Assembly: GCF_044647545.1 (NCBI RefSeq)
Contig: NZ_CP172818.1
Length of the DNA stretch: 64,000 nucleotides
Origin: Escherichia coli
Lineage (GTDB): Bacteria; Pseudomonadota; Gammaproteobacteria; Enterobacterales; Enterobacteriaceae
Reading direction: 5' to 3' (one strand)
The translations under genes and the position numbers were made by a program. The notes beneath the pieces were generated by a model. The model made no database searches and was not told the origin of the DNA. It saw nothing but the letters and a program-made list of their open reading frames with translations. Positions 47,610 through 61,280 of this stretch are shown here, in pieces. Each line of letters opens with the position of its first letter. Positions within the stretch are counted from its first letter, which is position 1.

Positions 47610-47843
47610 CCTGTATTACTCCATGTATTGCCAAAATCTCTCTCTGTATCTAATTACAGGTAACTGAAACGAAAGATATTTTTTTTGCACATCATAATCC
47701 GTTATTAAACGCGGAAGAGAGACGTGAATTGTTGATGATGAGAAGAAGAAATGATGAGTAGAGTATCCATATAAAATCCTTTTCTCGCCCGAAAATCCAT
47801 TCCAATGATGAGGATCTTCAGGAATACGGCATAAATCCCAATG
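47610..47843 (-). promoter_or_regulatory. pgaA 5' untranslated leader with GGA (CsrA-type) motifs
   Basis: Minus-strand leader reads ...ttggcaatacatGGAgtaatacaGGAtgtattcaagtagc with GGA motifs over the SD and start codon. Confidence 0.65.
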
Positions 47844-48198
47844 CCTTTTTCAAAATAAATTAGGATTAAAATAATTAAATCAGTAAATTCCGATGCATGA
47901 TATCGGATTTTTCGAAAGTCCTGATGAAATGCAGCGTTACTGTACTCACGGATTCAATTGTTATTCCTAATATATCTATGAATTAATGTTTTATAAGGAT
48001 TTCCTTATAACCATTTATATGTATTTGCAAGCCTGTCTTGTCGCGAAGAATGTATAAAGCACTAAGGTAATAATAATTGCGGTCTGCAACTATCATCATT
48101 GGTATTGTTTGTGGTGGATTTTTATATTGACAACAGTACAGTTCTTATATCTATTAATGACAGAAAGGGATCTACAACCTACAGATTGGTGTAGCTTT

Positions 48199-49617
48199 AT
48201 GGAAAAAGACTATTTGGGAATTAGTAGTACTGTATTAGTGAGTTTATTGTTTGGGCTTGCGTTGGTTTTGGTGAATAGTTGGTTCAATCAGCCAACCGTT
48301 GAGGAAGTTGTTCCACGATCAACCTATCTGATGGTTATGATTGCTTTATTTTTTATCGATACTGTTGCATTTATTTTTATGCAGTTGTATTTCATTTATG
48401 ACCGTAGGCAATTTTCAAACTGTATACTTAGTTTGGCTTTTCTAAGTTGTTTGATTTACTTTATTAAAACCGTCATTATCATTCAGCAAATTATTGAGGG
48501 GCGTTTGACAAGCAGTGTTGTTCAAAATGACATTGCAATTTATTATTTGTTTCGTCAGATGAGTTTGTGCGTATTAATATTTCTGGCATTGGTAAATAAA
48601 GTTAGTGAAAACACAAAACAGCGCAATTTGTTTTCCAAAAAAGTGACTTTGTGCATAACTTTGTTTTTTGTTCTTGGGGGGCCGATAGTTGCTCACATAT
48701 TTTCTAGCCATTATGAGAGCTACGATTTACACATTGCCGAGTTAACCAATGAAAATGGTCAGGTGGTTTGGAAAGCCTCATATGTTACCATAATGATTTT
48801 CATGTGGTTAACCTTGCTTTCGGTTAATCTATACTTTAATGGTTTACGCTGTGATATCTGGAACGGGGTGTCGGTGATTGCTTTTTGTGCCGTGCTGTAC
48901 AATATCTCTCTGTTATTTATGAGCAGGTATAGCGTGTCCATTTGGTATATTAGTCGCACTATTGAAGTAGTCAGTAAGTTAACCGTTTTGGTAATTTTTA
49001 TGTGCCATATATTCAGTGCGCTACGAGTAACAAAGGACATTGCACATCGCGATCCCTTAACCAATATATTTAACAGAAATTATTTTTTTAATGAACTGAC
49101 GGTTCAATCAGCATCGGCCAAAAAAACACCTTATTGCGTCATGATTATGGATATTGACCACTTCAAAAAAGTCAACGACACCTGGGGACATCCGGTTGGC
49201 GATCAAGTGATAAAGACAGTGGTGAATATCATTGGGAAAAGCATACGACCAGATGACCTTTTAGCGCGCGTTGGCGGCGAAGAGTTTGGCGTCTTGCTGA
49301 CGGAGATCGATACTGAATGTGCGAAAGCTTTAGCGGAAAGGATTCGGGAAAATGTTGAACGTTTAACTGGCGATAATCCTGAATACGCCATACCACAAAA
49401 AGTGACGATTAGTATTGGCGCTGTTGTAACGCAGAAAAATGAGTTAAACCCTAAGGAGATCTATCAACTGGCTGATAACGCACTTTACGAGGCGAAAGAG
49501 ACCGGGCGTAATAAGCCGCTGTCGCCAGTTGTCGACCTCCGCTTGGGGCTTCTCATCCCCCCGGTGTGTGCAATATACGAAAAAAAAGCCCGTACTTTCG
49601 TACGAGCTCTTCTTTAA
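48199..49617 (+). CDS. dgcT: Diguanylate cyclase DgcT (YcdT) with divergent, extended C-terminus
   Basis: MEKDYLGISSTVLVSLLFGL... membrane N-terminus, GGDEF domain with RVGGEEFGVLL; ORF runs about 20 codons past the expected end into the serX terminator. Confidence 0.85.
   Translation: MEKDYLGISSTVLVSLLFGLALVLVNSWFNQPTVEEVVPRSTYLMVMIALFFIDTVAFIFMQLYFIYDRRQFSNCILSLAFLSCLIYFIKTVIIIQQIIEGRLTSSVVQNDIAIYYLFRQMSLCVLIFLALVNKVSENTKQRNLFSKKVTLCITLFFVLGGPIVAHIFSSHYESYDLHIAELTNENGQVVWKASYVTIMIFMWLTLLSVNLYFNGLRCDIWNGVSVIAFCAVLYNISLLFMSRYSVSIWYISRTIEVVSKLTVLVIFMCHIFSALRVTKDIAHRDPLTNIFNRNYFFNELTVQSASAKKTPYCVMIMDIDHFKKVNDTWGHPVGDQVIKTVVNIIGKSIRPDDLLARVGGEEFGVLLTEIDTECAKALAERIRENVERLTGDNPEYAIPQKVTISIGAVVTQKNELNPKEIYQLADNALYEAKETGRNKPLSPVVDLRLGLLIPPVCAIYEKKARTFVRALL
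49579..49607 (-). terminator. Rho-independent terminator of serX (minus strand)
   Basis: cgtac-tttc-gtacg hairpin adjacent to an A-run on plus (U-run on minus), immediately 3' of the tRNA. Confidence 0.65.
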
Positions 49618-49620
49618 ATA

Positions 49621-49708
49621 TGGCGGTGAGGGGGGGATTCGAACCCCCGATACGTTGCCGTATACACACTTTCCAGGCGTGCTCCTTCAGCCACTCGGAC
49701 ACCTCACC
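49621..49708 (-). tRNA. serX: tRNA-Ser (GGA anticodon)
   Basis: Reverse complement reads GGTGAGGTGTCCGAGTGGCTGAAGGAGCACGCCTGGAAAGTGTGTATACGGCAACGTATCGGGGGTTCGAATCCCCCCCTCACCGCCA with long variable arm and 3' CCA. Confidence 0.93.
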
Positions 49709-49902
49709 AAATTGTCGTTCCTGTCTTGCTGGAACGGGCGCTAATTTAGGGAAATCATGACCTGAGGTCAACAAACTTTTTTAAAAAATCGCTCGATTAT
49801 TCAAACTTCAATCAATATGCAGTTTTAATAAGCGAAATTTGCTTTTTTTGCCACCGACCACGGATTTGTTATGCTGGTGGCTTTTGTAGATCATAACGAT
49901 AA

Positions 49903-50880
<978 letters not shown>

Positions 50881-50934
50881 TAAAGCATCAGGTTTCCTGC
50901 TATCCTTGGCGGGAATTGAATACAGGAGAGAGTT

Positions 50935-51672
50935 ATGTATCCCGTCGACCTTCATATGCATACCGTTGCCAGCACGCATGCATATAGCACATTGAGTGAT
51001 TACATTGCCCAGGCCAAACAAAAGGGCATTAAACTTTTTGCGATCACCGATCATGGCCCGGATATGGAAGATGCGCCGCATCACTGGCACTTCATTAACA
51101 TGCGTATCTGGCCGCGAGTGGTTGATGGAGTAGGGATCCTGCGCGGCATCGAAGCTAACATTAAAAATGTTGATGGTGAAATTGATTGCAGCGGCAAAAT
51201 GTTTGATTCGCTGGATCTGATTATTGCCGGTTTTCATGAGCCGGTTTTTGCGCCGCATGATAAAGCGACCAATACACAAGCGATGATCGCCACTATCGCC
51301 AGCGGCAATGTGCATATAATAAGCCATCCCGGAAATCCGAAATATGAAATAGATGTTAAAGCCGTTGCTGAAGCAGCCGCGAAACATCAGGTGGCGCTGG
51401 AAATCAATAATTCCTCTTTTTTACACTCACGTAAGGGAAGTGAAGACAATTGTCGTGCGGTAGCCGCAGCGGTACGTGACGCTGGAGGTTGGGTGGCATT
51501 AGGCTCGGATTCTCACACCGCGTTTACCATGGGTGAATTTGAAGAGTGTCTTAAAATCCTCGACGCGGTAGATTTTCCGCCAGAGCGCATTTTGAATGTT
51601 TCTCCGCGCCGCTTACTGAACTTCCTTGAATCTCGCGGTATGGCACCGATTGCGGAATTTGCAGACCTTTAA
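50935..51672 (+). CDS. ycdX: PHP-family zinc phosphatase YcdX
   Basis: 245-aa [21 protein letters not shown]... Confidence 0.9.
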
Positions 51673-51695
51673 TTACTAGTAATGGAAATATATTA

Positions 51696-52250
51696 ATGAA
51701 CGAGTTTTCTATCCTCTGTCGTGTGCTGGGTTCGCTCTATTACCGCCAACCACAAGATCCTTTACTGGTGCCGCTGTTTACCCTGATTCGTGAGGGGAAA
51801 CTGGCTGCGAACTGGCCACTGGAGCAGGATGAGTTGCTGACACGTTTGCAGAAAAGCTGTGATATGACGCAAGTCTCTGCCGATTACAATGCGTTGTTTA
51901 TCGGCGATGAATGTGCTGTGCCGCCATATCGTAGCGCATGGGTTGAGGGCGCGACGGAAGCGGAAGTGCGCGCTTTTCTTTCCGAACGGGGGATGCCATT
52001 AGCGGATACGCCAGCCGATCACATCGGCACATTGCTGCTCGCGGCTTCCTGGCTGGAAGATCAGTCAACGGAAGATGAGAGCGAAGCACTGGAAACACTG
52101 TTCAGTGAGTATCTGTTACCCTGGTGTGGTGCGTTCCTTGGTAAAGTGGAGGCCCATGCAACTACGCCTTTTTGGCGCACCATGGCACCGCTAACCCGCG
52201 ATGCTATTAGTGCAATGTGGGACGAGCTGGAAGAAGATTTTGAAGAGTAA
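51696..52250 (+). CDS. ycdY: TorD-family chaperone YcdY
   Basis: 184-aa ORF. Confidence 0.88.
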   Translation: MNEFSILCRVLGSLYYRQPQDPLLVPLFTLIREGKLAANWPLEQDELLTRLQKSCDMTQVSADYNALFIGDECAVPPYRSAWVEGATEAEVRAFLSERGMPLADTPADHIGTLLLAASWLEDQSTEDESEALETLFSEYLLPWCGAFLGKVEAHATTPFWRTMAPLTRDAISAMWDELEEDFEE

Positions 52251-52351
52251 ATGTGATCTGCATCACTCATAACTGCAACAGATAATTTGTTGTTGCATAA
52301 AATGTGTGCTCGATCTCATTCATGGCCGCGTTTTCTGATATCATGCGCGGC

Positions 52352-52843
52352 ATGAACATACTTCTCTCTATTGCAATCACAACAGGTATTCTCTCCGGTA
52401 TCTGGGGATGGGTGGCTGTTTCCCTGGGCTTACTAAGCTGGGCGGGCTTCCTGGGCTGTACGGCCTACTTTGCCTGCCCGCAAGGTGGGCTGAAAGGGCT
52501 GGCGATCTCCGCTGCAACCCTGCTTAGTGGCGTGGTGTGGGCGATGGTCATTATTTACGGTAGTGCACTGGCACCACATCTGGAAATTCTCGGTTATGTC
52601 ATAACCGGTATTGTCGCGTTTCTGATGTGTATTCAGGCGAAACAGCTGCTGCTTTCATTTGTTCCGGGGACGTTTATAGGCGCATGCGCGACGTTTGCCG
52701 GGCAGGGTGACTGGAAACTGGTGTTACCTTCGCTGGCGCTTGGGCTGATATTTGGTTACGCAATGAAAAACAGCGGCCTGTGGCTGGCGGCGCGTAGTGC
52801 AAAGACGGCGCACCGTGAGCAGGAAATCAAAAATAAAGCGTGA
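52352..52843 (+). CDS. ycdZ: Inner membrane protein YcdZ
   Basis: 163 aa from MNILLSIAITTGILSG...; hydrophobic. Confidence 0.85.
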   Translation: MNILLSIAITTGILSGIWGWVAVSLGLLSWAGFLGCTAYFACPQGGLKGLAISAATLLSGVVWAMVIIYGSALAPHLEILGYVITGIVAFLMCIQAKQLLLSFVPGTFIGACATFAGQGDWKLVLPSLALGLIFGYAMKNSGLWLAARSAKTAHREQEIKNKA

Positions 52844-52876
52844 GGGGCACTCACGCTTTCGCTTAAACCGTAAAAT

Positions 52877-52901
52877 GCCGGATGATAATTCCGGCTTTTT
52901 T
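52877..52901. terminator. Hairpin terminator between ycdZ and csgG
   Basis: gccggatgataattccggc followed by a T-run. Confidence 0.7.
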
Positions 52902-52906
52902 ATCTG

Positions 52907-53740
52907 TCAGGATTCCGGTGGAACCGACATATGGCGGTATTTCACCAGAATGTCGTTCTGCCGTTCTGCTTTGTTCTGCAAATCCCACAGACCACGGTCA
53001 ATACCATCATTAATCAGGAAAATGACCCCTGTTTCGATAGCCGACATCAGGCACAGCATAACGGGTTCGTTCGAGGTGTAACCCACTTCCCCTTCCAGCA
53101 AGCGCTGGTAGTCAATAAAGCGGAAAACCCCGGCCTGAACTTCATAGGAAAGTATCGTCTTACTGGTGTTCACCGAGGAGAGGATCTCACCGGTACTCAC
53201 ATTGACGACACGCAGGTTCACGGCAATCTGATCAAGCTGGTATTGCGTGTCGGCACCGATCCCAAAATATCTTGCCCCAACACCGCCCGATTTAACGTTG
53301 CTTTCATAACCGATAATCGAACCTTCAACCATGATATTTGCCGCCGTTAAAGACTGCAGCGGGATTCGGTTATTAATGGCAACCGTACCGTTTTCTTGTG
53401 CCGCACGAATAATCTTGCGCTCGTTAAGCAGGTTTTGTAAGCCCTGGCGCTCCAGCGGTATAAACCAGCGAGAATCTTTCAATGCCGTGACCAGCATTGC
53501 CGTGGCGCTTTGCGGAACAGCAGTGGAGAAGTTACTTGCCGGGTAAGGTTTAAATTGCCCGGTTTCGTCCTGAATGTTGTATACCGAAACAAAGATCTTA
53601 CCCGTCGGCGCTGGCAGATGGGTCAAATCTTTGTAGCTCTGAGCACGAGGCATTAATGTCGGTCTGGCTGCTTCTTTAGGCGGGGCGGTTAAGCATCCGC
53701 TCAGTAACATGACGGCAACCAAAAGAAATAAGCGCTGCAT
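52907..53740 (-). CDS. csgG: Curli secretion channel lipoprotein CsgG
   Basis: 277-aa ORF with lipobox LLSGC. Confidence 0.93.
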   Translation of the reverse strand: MQRLFLLVAVMLLSGCLTAPPKEAARPTLMPRAQSYKDLTHLPAPTGKIFVSVYNIQDETGQFKPYPASNFSTAVPQSATAMLVTALKDSRWFIPLERQGLQNLLNERKIIRAAQENGTVAINNRIPLQSLTAANIMVEGSIIGYESNVKSGGVGARYFGIGADTQYQLDQIAVNLRVVNVSTGEILSSVNTSKTILSYEVQAGVFRFIDYQRLLEGEVGYTSNEPVMLCLMSAIETGVIFLINDGIDRGLWDLQNKAERQNDILVKYRHMSVPPES

Positions 53741-53766
53741 GATTATTTTCCTTATGAAGCTGGGGC

Positions 53767-54183
53767 TTAAAAATCGGTTGAGTTATTTTGTAAACCCGAA
53801 ACCTGGATGGTCGAGGTTTGTCCGGTTTTACGATCTGTCACGTTCAACTGCAATTGACCATCGCGGTTAGCAATATCAACAATATAATCGTTGGTCACCA
53901 TGCGGCCCGGTTTACCGGTATTAATATTCGACAGTAGCCCACCTAAAATTTGTGACTGGATGGCCTGAGTAAAGTTATCTAACGCTGAGGGTGTTTCAAT
54001 ACCAAAGTCATCGTTATAGCTCGGATCTTTATACGAGTTTTGGGCCTGGGCGCTATTTAATAAAAAAGCGCCATTATTTGGGTTACCACCAAAGTTTGGA
54101 TTACGGAACTGAAAAGTCATTGTTCCAGCCCAACTTAATGGCGAAATAAGCATGAGTAGAACTACTGCATGTTTGACACGCAT
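53767..54183 (-). CDS. csgF: Curli assembly protein CsgF
   Basis: 138-aa ORF. Confidence 0.92.
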
Positions 54184-54207
54184 TGCAGCCTCCGAACAAT
54201 TTTTTAT

Positions 54208-54597
54208 TTAGAATTCATCATGCGCCAAATCGCCCGTACTTAATAACGCCTGATTTATCTGGCGACGATTTAGTGCTTCTTCAGTTTGAATCAGTGCAAA
54301 GACGACAGTTTTTTCGAAGTCTCTTTTCAACGGGAATAAAAAAGTCTGGAAAATAACGTCCTGATTGACCGTTATAGTGATCCAGCTTCCCCATCGTGCA
54401 CTGGGCCTTTCATTAATCGTTAAGTTACCCGTATAGTCACTTTCCCATTTATCACTAAAGGCTCGGTAAAAATCATGGCCAATAGATGAAACAGTATGGT
54501 CAGTTAACAATCCCGGGACTTCTACCTCAACGGCGTGAAGATTCCCTGCGGCGAACAGAAATTCTGCCGCCACAATCCAGCGTAAATAACGTTTCAT
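54208..54597 (-). CDS. csgE: Curli assembly protein CsgE
   Basis: 129-aa ORF. Confidence 0.92.
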
Positions 54598-54601
54598 GGC
54601 T

Positions 54602-55252
<651 letters not shown>

Positions 55253-56007
55253 GATGAAACCCCGCTTTTTTTTATTGATCGCACACCTGACAGCTGCCTC
55301 TAAAATAGAAGCACCAGAAGTACTGACAGATGTTGCACTGCTGTGTGTAGTAATAAATCAGCCCTAAATGGGTAAAATATAAAACTAATGGATTACATCT
55401 GATTTCAATCTAGCCATTACAAATCTTAAATCAAGTGTTAAACATGTAACTAAATGTAACTCGTTATATTGAAATGTTAATCTTAAGGTTTTATTAAGTT
55501 TAGAAATGATAGAAAAGTTGTACATTTGGTTTTTATTGCACAATTTTAAAAAATCATACAAATGGTGCTAACTTGCTAATAATGCATATAAAAAATATTT
55601 CGGTGTAGTCCTTTCGTCATGTAAAACGTTCTTGTTTTTTCTCTACACCTCCTTGGACAATTTTTTACTGCAAAAAGACGAGGTTTGTCACGGCTTGTGC
55701 GCAAGACATATCGCAGCAATCAGCGACGTGCAAGAAGAATGGCTGTCTGGTGATTTTTGATTGCGGAAAACGGAGATTTAAAAGAAAACAAAATATTTTT
55801 TTGCGTAGATAACAGCGTATTTACGTGGGTTTTAATACTTTGGTATGAACAAAAAAAGAAAAATACAACGCGCGGGTGAGTTATTAAAAATATTTCCGCA
55901 GACATACTTTCCATCGTAACGCAGCGTTAACAAAATACAGGTTGCGTTAACAACCAAGTTGAAATGATTTAATTTCTTAAATGTACGACCAGGTCCAGGG
56001 TGACAAC
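55253..56007. promoter_or_regulatory. csgD-csgB divergent intergenic regulatory region (AT-rich, about 750 bp)
   Basis: Long AT-rich non-coding interval between divergent csgDEFG and csgBAC. Confidence 0.8.
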
Positions 56008-56463
56008 ATGAAAAACAAATTGTTATTTATGATGTTAACAATACTGGGTGCGCCTGGGATTGCAGCCGCAGCAGGTTATGATTTAGCTAATTCAGAATAT
56101 AACTTCGCGGTAAATGAATTGAGTAAGTCTTCATTTAATCAGGCAGCCATAATTGGTCAAGCTGGGACTAATAATAGTGCTCAGTTACGGCAGGGAGGCT
56201 CAAAACTTTTGGCGGTTGTTGCGCAAGAAGGTAGTAGCAACCGGGCAAAGATTGACCAGACAGGAGATTATAACCTTGCATATATTGATCAGGCGGGCAA
56301 TGCCAACGATGCCAGTATTTCGCAAGGTGCTTATGGTAATACTGCGATGATTATCCAGAAAGGTTCTGGTAATAAAGCAAATATTACACAGTATGGTACT
56401 CAAAAAACGGCAATTGTAGTGCAGAGACAGTCGCAAATGGCTATTCGCGTGACACAACGTTAA
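56008..56463 (+). CDS. csgB: Curli nucleator CsgB
   Basis: 151 aa from MKNKLLFMMLTILGAPGIAAA; imperfect Q/N-rich repeats. Confidence 0.92.
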   Translation: MKNKLLFMMLTILGAPGIAAAAGYDLANSEYNFAVNELSKSSFNQAAIIGQAGTNNSAQLRQGGSKLLAVVAQEGSSNRAKIDQTGDYNLAYIDQAGNANDASISQGAYGNTAMIIQKGSGNKANITQYGTQKTAIVVQRQSQMAIRVTQR

Positions 56464-56503
56464 TTTCCATTCGACTTTTAAATCAATCCGATGGGGGTTT
56501 TAC

Positions 56504-56959
56504 ATGAAACTTTTAAAAGTAGCAGCAATTGCAGCAATCGTATTCTCTGGTAGCGCTCTGGCAGGTGTTGTTCCTCAGTACGGCGGCGGCGGTAACCACG
56601 GTGGTGGCGGTAATAATAGCGGCCCAAATTCAGAGCTGAACATTTACCAGTACGGTGGCGGTAACTCTGCTCTTGCTCTGCAAGCTGACACCCGTAACTC
56701 TGATCTGACCATTACCCAGCACGGCGGCGGTAACGGCGCAGATGTTGGCCAAGGTTCTGATGACAGCTCAATCGATCTGACTCAGCGTGGTTTCGGCAAC
56801 AGCGCTACTCTTGATCAGTGGAATGGTAAAGATTCTACTATGACTGTTAAACAGTTCGGTGGCGGTAACGGTGCTGCTGTTGACCAGACTGCATCTAACT
56901 CCAGCGTTAACGTCACTCAGGTTGGCTTTGGTAACAACGCGACCGCTCATCAGTACTAA
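56504..56959 (+). CDS. csgA: Major curlin subunit CsgA
   Basis: 151 aa; five imperfect S-x5-Q-x-G-x-G-N-x-A-x3-Q repeats. Confidence 0.93.
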   Translation: MKLLKVAAIAAIVFSGSALAGVVPQYGGGGNHGGGGNNSGPNSELNIYQYGGGNSALALQADTRNSDLTITQHGGGNGADVGQGSDDSSIDLTQRGFGNSATLDQWNGKDSTMTVKQFGGGNGAAVDQTASNSSVNVTQVGFGNNATAHQY

Positions 56960-56977
56960 TACATCCTCTATATTAAA

Positions 56978-57006
56978 GAAACAGGGCGCAAGCCCTGTTT
57001 TTTTTC
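56978..57006 (+). terminator. Rho-independent terminator after csgA
   Basis: aaacagggcgcaagccctgttt hairpin plus a T-run. Confidence 0.8.
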
Positions 57007-57017
57007 GGGAGAAGAAT

Positions 57018-57401
<384 letters not shown>

Positions 57402-57402
57402 G

Positions 57403-57782
<380 letters not shown>

Positions 57783-57876
57783 GTTTCTGAACAACTCACC
57801 TTGCTGAGCAGAAAAATGCGATTTAACCAAAAAGCCTGCTGTACACTTAAGAAACAAGAAGGTGTAAGGAGGCGTT

Positions 57877-58410
57877 ATGAAAACGCGTATTCATGTTGTG
57901 CAGGGTGATATTACCAAACTGGCCGTTGATGTGATTGTGAATGCGGCTAATCCGTCATTAATGGGAGGCGGCGGCGTCGATGGGGCCATTCATCGCGCAG
58001 CGGGTCCGGCGCTGCTGGATGCCTGTTTAAAAGTCAGGCAACAGCAGGGCGATTGCCCTACGGGGCATGCCGTTATTACGCTTGCAGGCGATCTTCCCGC
58101 TAAAGCCGTAGTGCACACCGTCGGGCCAGTCTGGCGTGGTGGTGAACAAAACGAAGACCAGCTTTTGCAGGATGCCTATCTCAATAGCCTACGACTGGTG
58201 GCGGCAAACAGCTATACGTCAGTGGCTTTTCCTGCAATCAGTACTGGGGTTTATGGTTACCCTCGTGCGGCAGCGGCTGAAATCGCAGTAAAAACCGTTT
58301 CAGAATTTATTACCCGTCACGCTTTACCCGAACAGGTATACTTTGTCTGTTATGATGAAGAAAACGCCTACCTCTACGAAAGACTCCTTACCCAACAAGG
58401 AGATGAATGA
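57877..58410 (+). CDS. ymdB: Macrodomain O-acetyl-ADP-ribose deacetylase YmdB
   Basis: 177-aa [28 protein letters not shown]... Confidence 0.92.
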   Translation: MKTRIHVVQGDITKLAVDVIVNAANPSLMGGGGVDGAIHRAAGPALLDACLKVRQQQGDCPTGHAVITLAGDLPAKAVVHTVGPVWRGGEQNEDQLLQDAYLNSLRLVAANSYTSVAFPAISTGVYGYPRAAAAEIAVKTVSEFITRHALPEQVYFVCYDEENAYLYERLLTQQGDE

Positions 58411-59833
58411 TTTGCCCCGGCTGGCGAGCGCGGTGCTGCCACTGTGTTCGCAACATCCCGGTCAGTGTGGTCTTTTCCCTCTGGAGAAAAGTCTGGATGC
58501 GTTTGCCGCCCGGTATCGTCTGGCCGAAATGGCAGAGCATACGCTGGATGTTCAGTATTACATCTGGCAGGACGATATGTCGGGTCGGTTACTGTTTTCC
58601 GCCCTGTTAGCCGCAGCAAAGCGTGGCGTTCGCGTCCGTTTGTTGCTGGACGACAACAATACACCCGGACTTGACGACATTTTACGCTTGCTTGACAGTC
58701 ATCCCCGCATTGAAGTCCGGCTTTTTAATCCTTTCTCGTTTCGCTTGCTACGTCCGCTTGGTTATATCACCGACTTTTCCCGTCTCAATCGCCGTATGCA
58801 CAATAAAAGTTTCACTGTCGATGGCGTGGTGACGCTGGTAGGGGGGCGAAATATTGGTGATGCCTATTTTGGTGCAGGGGAAGAGCCACTTTTTTCGGAT
58901 TTAGATGTCATGGCAATAGGACCAGTTGTAGAGGACGTTGCCGATGATTTCGCCCGCTACTGGTATTGCAAATCGGTTTCACCCCTACAGCAGGTGCTGG
59001 ATGTCCCGGAAGGTGAAATGGCGGATCGCATCGAGTTACCCGCCTCCTGGCATAACGATGCTATGACGCATCGTTACTTACGCAAAATGGAATCCAGTCC
59101 GTTTATAAATCATCTGGTTGATGGAACATTGCCGCTTATCTGGGCGAAAACACGTTTATTAAGTGATGATCCGGCGAAAGGGGAGGGCAAGGCAAAACGG
59201 CATTCACTGTTACCGCAGCGCCTGTTCGATATCATGGGCTCACCCAGTGAACGCATCGATATTATCTCTGCCTATTTTGTACCGACACGCGCAGGTGTGG
59301 CGCAACTCTTACGGATGGTGAGAAAAGGGGTAAAGATTGCGATCCTAACCAATTCTCTTGCCGCTAACGATGTTGCTGTCGTCCATGCCGGATACGCACG
59401 CTGGCGCAAAAAATTGCTCCGCTACGGCGTGGAATTATATGAACTCAAGCCGACGCGTGAACAAAGTAGTACGTTACACGATCGCGGCATAACCGGTAAT
59501 TCCGGTGCCAGCCTGCATGCTAAAACCTTTAGCATCGATGGTAAAACGGTGTTTATCGGCTCTTTCAATTTCGATCCGCGTTCGACATTGCTCAATACTG
59601 AAATGGGGTTCGTGATAGAGAGCGAAACGCTGGCACAGTTAATTGATAAACGCTTTATTCAGAGCCAGTATGATGCGGCCTGGCAGCTCCGTCTGGACAG
59701 GTGGGGACGGATCAACTGGGTTGATCGTCATGCAAAGAAAGAGATTATTCTCAAAAAAGAACCCGCCACCAGTTTCTGGAAGCGGGTTATGGTCAGACTG
59801 GCATCGATATTGCCCGTGGAATGGTTATTATAA
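58403..59833 (+). CDS. clsC: Cardiolipin synthase C (PLD superfamily)
   Basis: Two HKD motifs ([18 protein letters not shown]); start ambiguous (ATG 58403 overlapping ymdB stop, or TTG 58412). Confidence 0.88.
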   Translation: MNDLPRLASAVLPLCSQHPGQCGLFPLEKSLDAFAARYRLAEMAEHTLDVQYYIWQDDMSGRLLFSALLAAAKRGVRVRLLLDDNNTPGLDDILRLLDSHPRIEVRLFNPFSFRLLRPLGYITDFSRLNRRMHNKSFTVDGVVTLVGGRNIGDAYFGAGEEPLFSDLDVMAIGPVVEDVADDFARYWYCKSVSPLQQVLDVPEGEMADRIELPASWHNDAMTHRYLRKMESSPFINHLVDGTLPLIWAKTRLLSDDPAKGEGKAKRHSLLPQRLFDIMGSPSERIDIISAYFVPTRAGVAQLLRMVRKGVKIAILTNSLAANDVAVVHAGYARWRKKLLRYGVELYELKPTREQSSTLHDRGITGNSGASLHAKTFSIDGKTVFIGSFNFDPRSTLLNTEMGFVIESETLAQLIDKRFIQSQYDAAWQLRLDRWGRINWVDRHAKKEIILKKEPATSFWKRVMVRLASILPVEWLL

Positions 59834-59840
59834 GCGTGGC

Positions 59841-60998
59841 TTAACGGGCTGGTGCTTTATCGTTCTCACGCTTGACAACCGGTTTACCAGAGAACAAAAA
59901 CTTCAGTAACGGGATGCGTAAATGAATTTCATACAGAATTATCGCAATCCCTACAACGAATATCAGGCCACAGAGAAAACCAAGCCAGTTGGAGGTGATG
60001 TGCGGTGTAATGTATGCGCCGAAAAACAGCGTTAACGGGTGGTGAACCAGATAGATAAACAGCGATGCGTTAACAAAGTAAGTCACCCGCGCTGACTGGA
60101 AGTTAAGCAAACGGTGGCCGAAGGAGAAGACCACATTCACCATCCACAGACCGAGGACCATGGTGATCACCGACTCGGTTTCGTACATCCAGGCATCGCC
60201 ACTGCCATAGCGCTGGTTGAGTAAGTAAGCGACAAATGCCAATGCTGCTGCGAGGGTACAGCCACGAGACGGCGTGGTAAACAAGGCTTTAAGATGAGGG
60301 AAAATGAAAGCCAGTGCGCCGAGGATAAAGAACGGCAAATAAAATAGCGTTTGCATGACAATAAAATTGAACATGCCATTACTCAGAATGGGCGGATACA
60401 CAATAAAAATCGTTCTTCTTATTACCGCATAACCGATGCCGAGGCACAAAAAAATCACCGATAGTTTTACCATCGAGAATTTTTTATTCGTTTTATCAGA
60501 ATTTTCTAAATTATTTCTGATGCGTTTGAATATCCAGACGCACAGCGTCGTCATGACCACTAACACCAATAAAAACCACAGGTGCGATATTAATTCCCAG
60601 GCCAACGTATTATATTTGTCATACATTGACAGCCCAGGCCAACTTTCCGCTTTCCCTTTGACGTATTGCAGCATAATAAATTGCGGTAATGTCAGTAGGG
60701 GGATGGCTGTTAACATCGGGATACCTACACGTTCGACACGTACTTTCCACCATTTTTTCAAGGGATAGCGTAAAAAAAGCATGTAGGAAAAGTAGCCGGA
60801 TATAACGAAAAATACCTGCATGCGGAACGAGTGGATGAAGTCATTAAAAAGGGTCAGCCACAATGACGGTTCGGCGCTATTCACATGCCATGTATGGCTC
60901 GAATAGATTAAAGAAATATGAAAAGGGATCCCTAACAACATCAGCCAGGCGCGGATGGAGTCGAGGAAATATTCACGTTGCGCGGGTACTGGATTCAT
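59841..60998 (-). CDS. opgC: OPG succinyltransferase OpgC (MdoC)
   Basis: 385-aa polytopic membrane ORF. Confidence 0.9.
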   Translation of the reverse strand: MNPVPAQREYFLDSIRAWLMLLGIPFHISLIYSSHTWHVNSAEPSLWLTLFNDFIHSFRMQVFFVISGYFSYMLFLRYPLKKWWKVRVERVGIPMLTAIPLLTLPQFIMLQYVKGKAESWPGLSMYDKYNTLAWELISHLWFLLVLVVMTTLCVWIFKRIRNNLENSDKTNKKFSMVKLSVIFLCLGIGYAVIRRTIFIVYPPILSNGMFNFIVMQTLFYLPFFILGALAFIFPHLKALFTTPSRGCTLAAALAFVAYLLNQRYGSGDAWMYETESVITMVLGLWMVNVVFSFGHRLLNFQSARVTYFVNASLFIYLVHHPLTLFFGAYITPHITSNWLGFLCGLIFVVGIAIILYEIHLRIPLLKFLFSGKPVVKRENDKAPAR

Positions 60999-61280
60999 AT
61001 ATGGTTAACTAATCTCGGATTTTTCGTCTTATCCCTGTCGGGTTATGCCTTTAGGCTTGTTGCCATAGCGACACCGACCTGACCGCGCCAGACGCAGGCT
61101 TCAAGGTTTTTATGCATAGCATCATCGCTACCACTAACCAGAATGGAAGCGTCTGTAAGACGGTTGATAAATAAATTTGCTGGCAAACCCTACACGAAGT
61201 CGATGCTTCTGTCTTTAGGAGAAGCACGGAAAGTGAAAACGGTTGCAATCAGGTGCTTAATCCATGAGCCAGCGTGCTGA

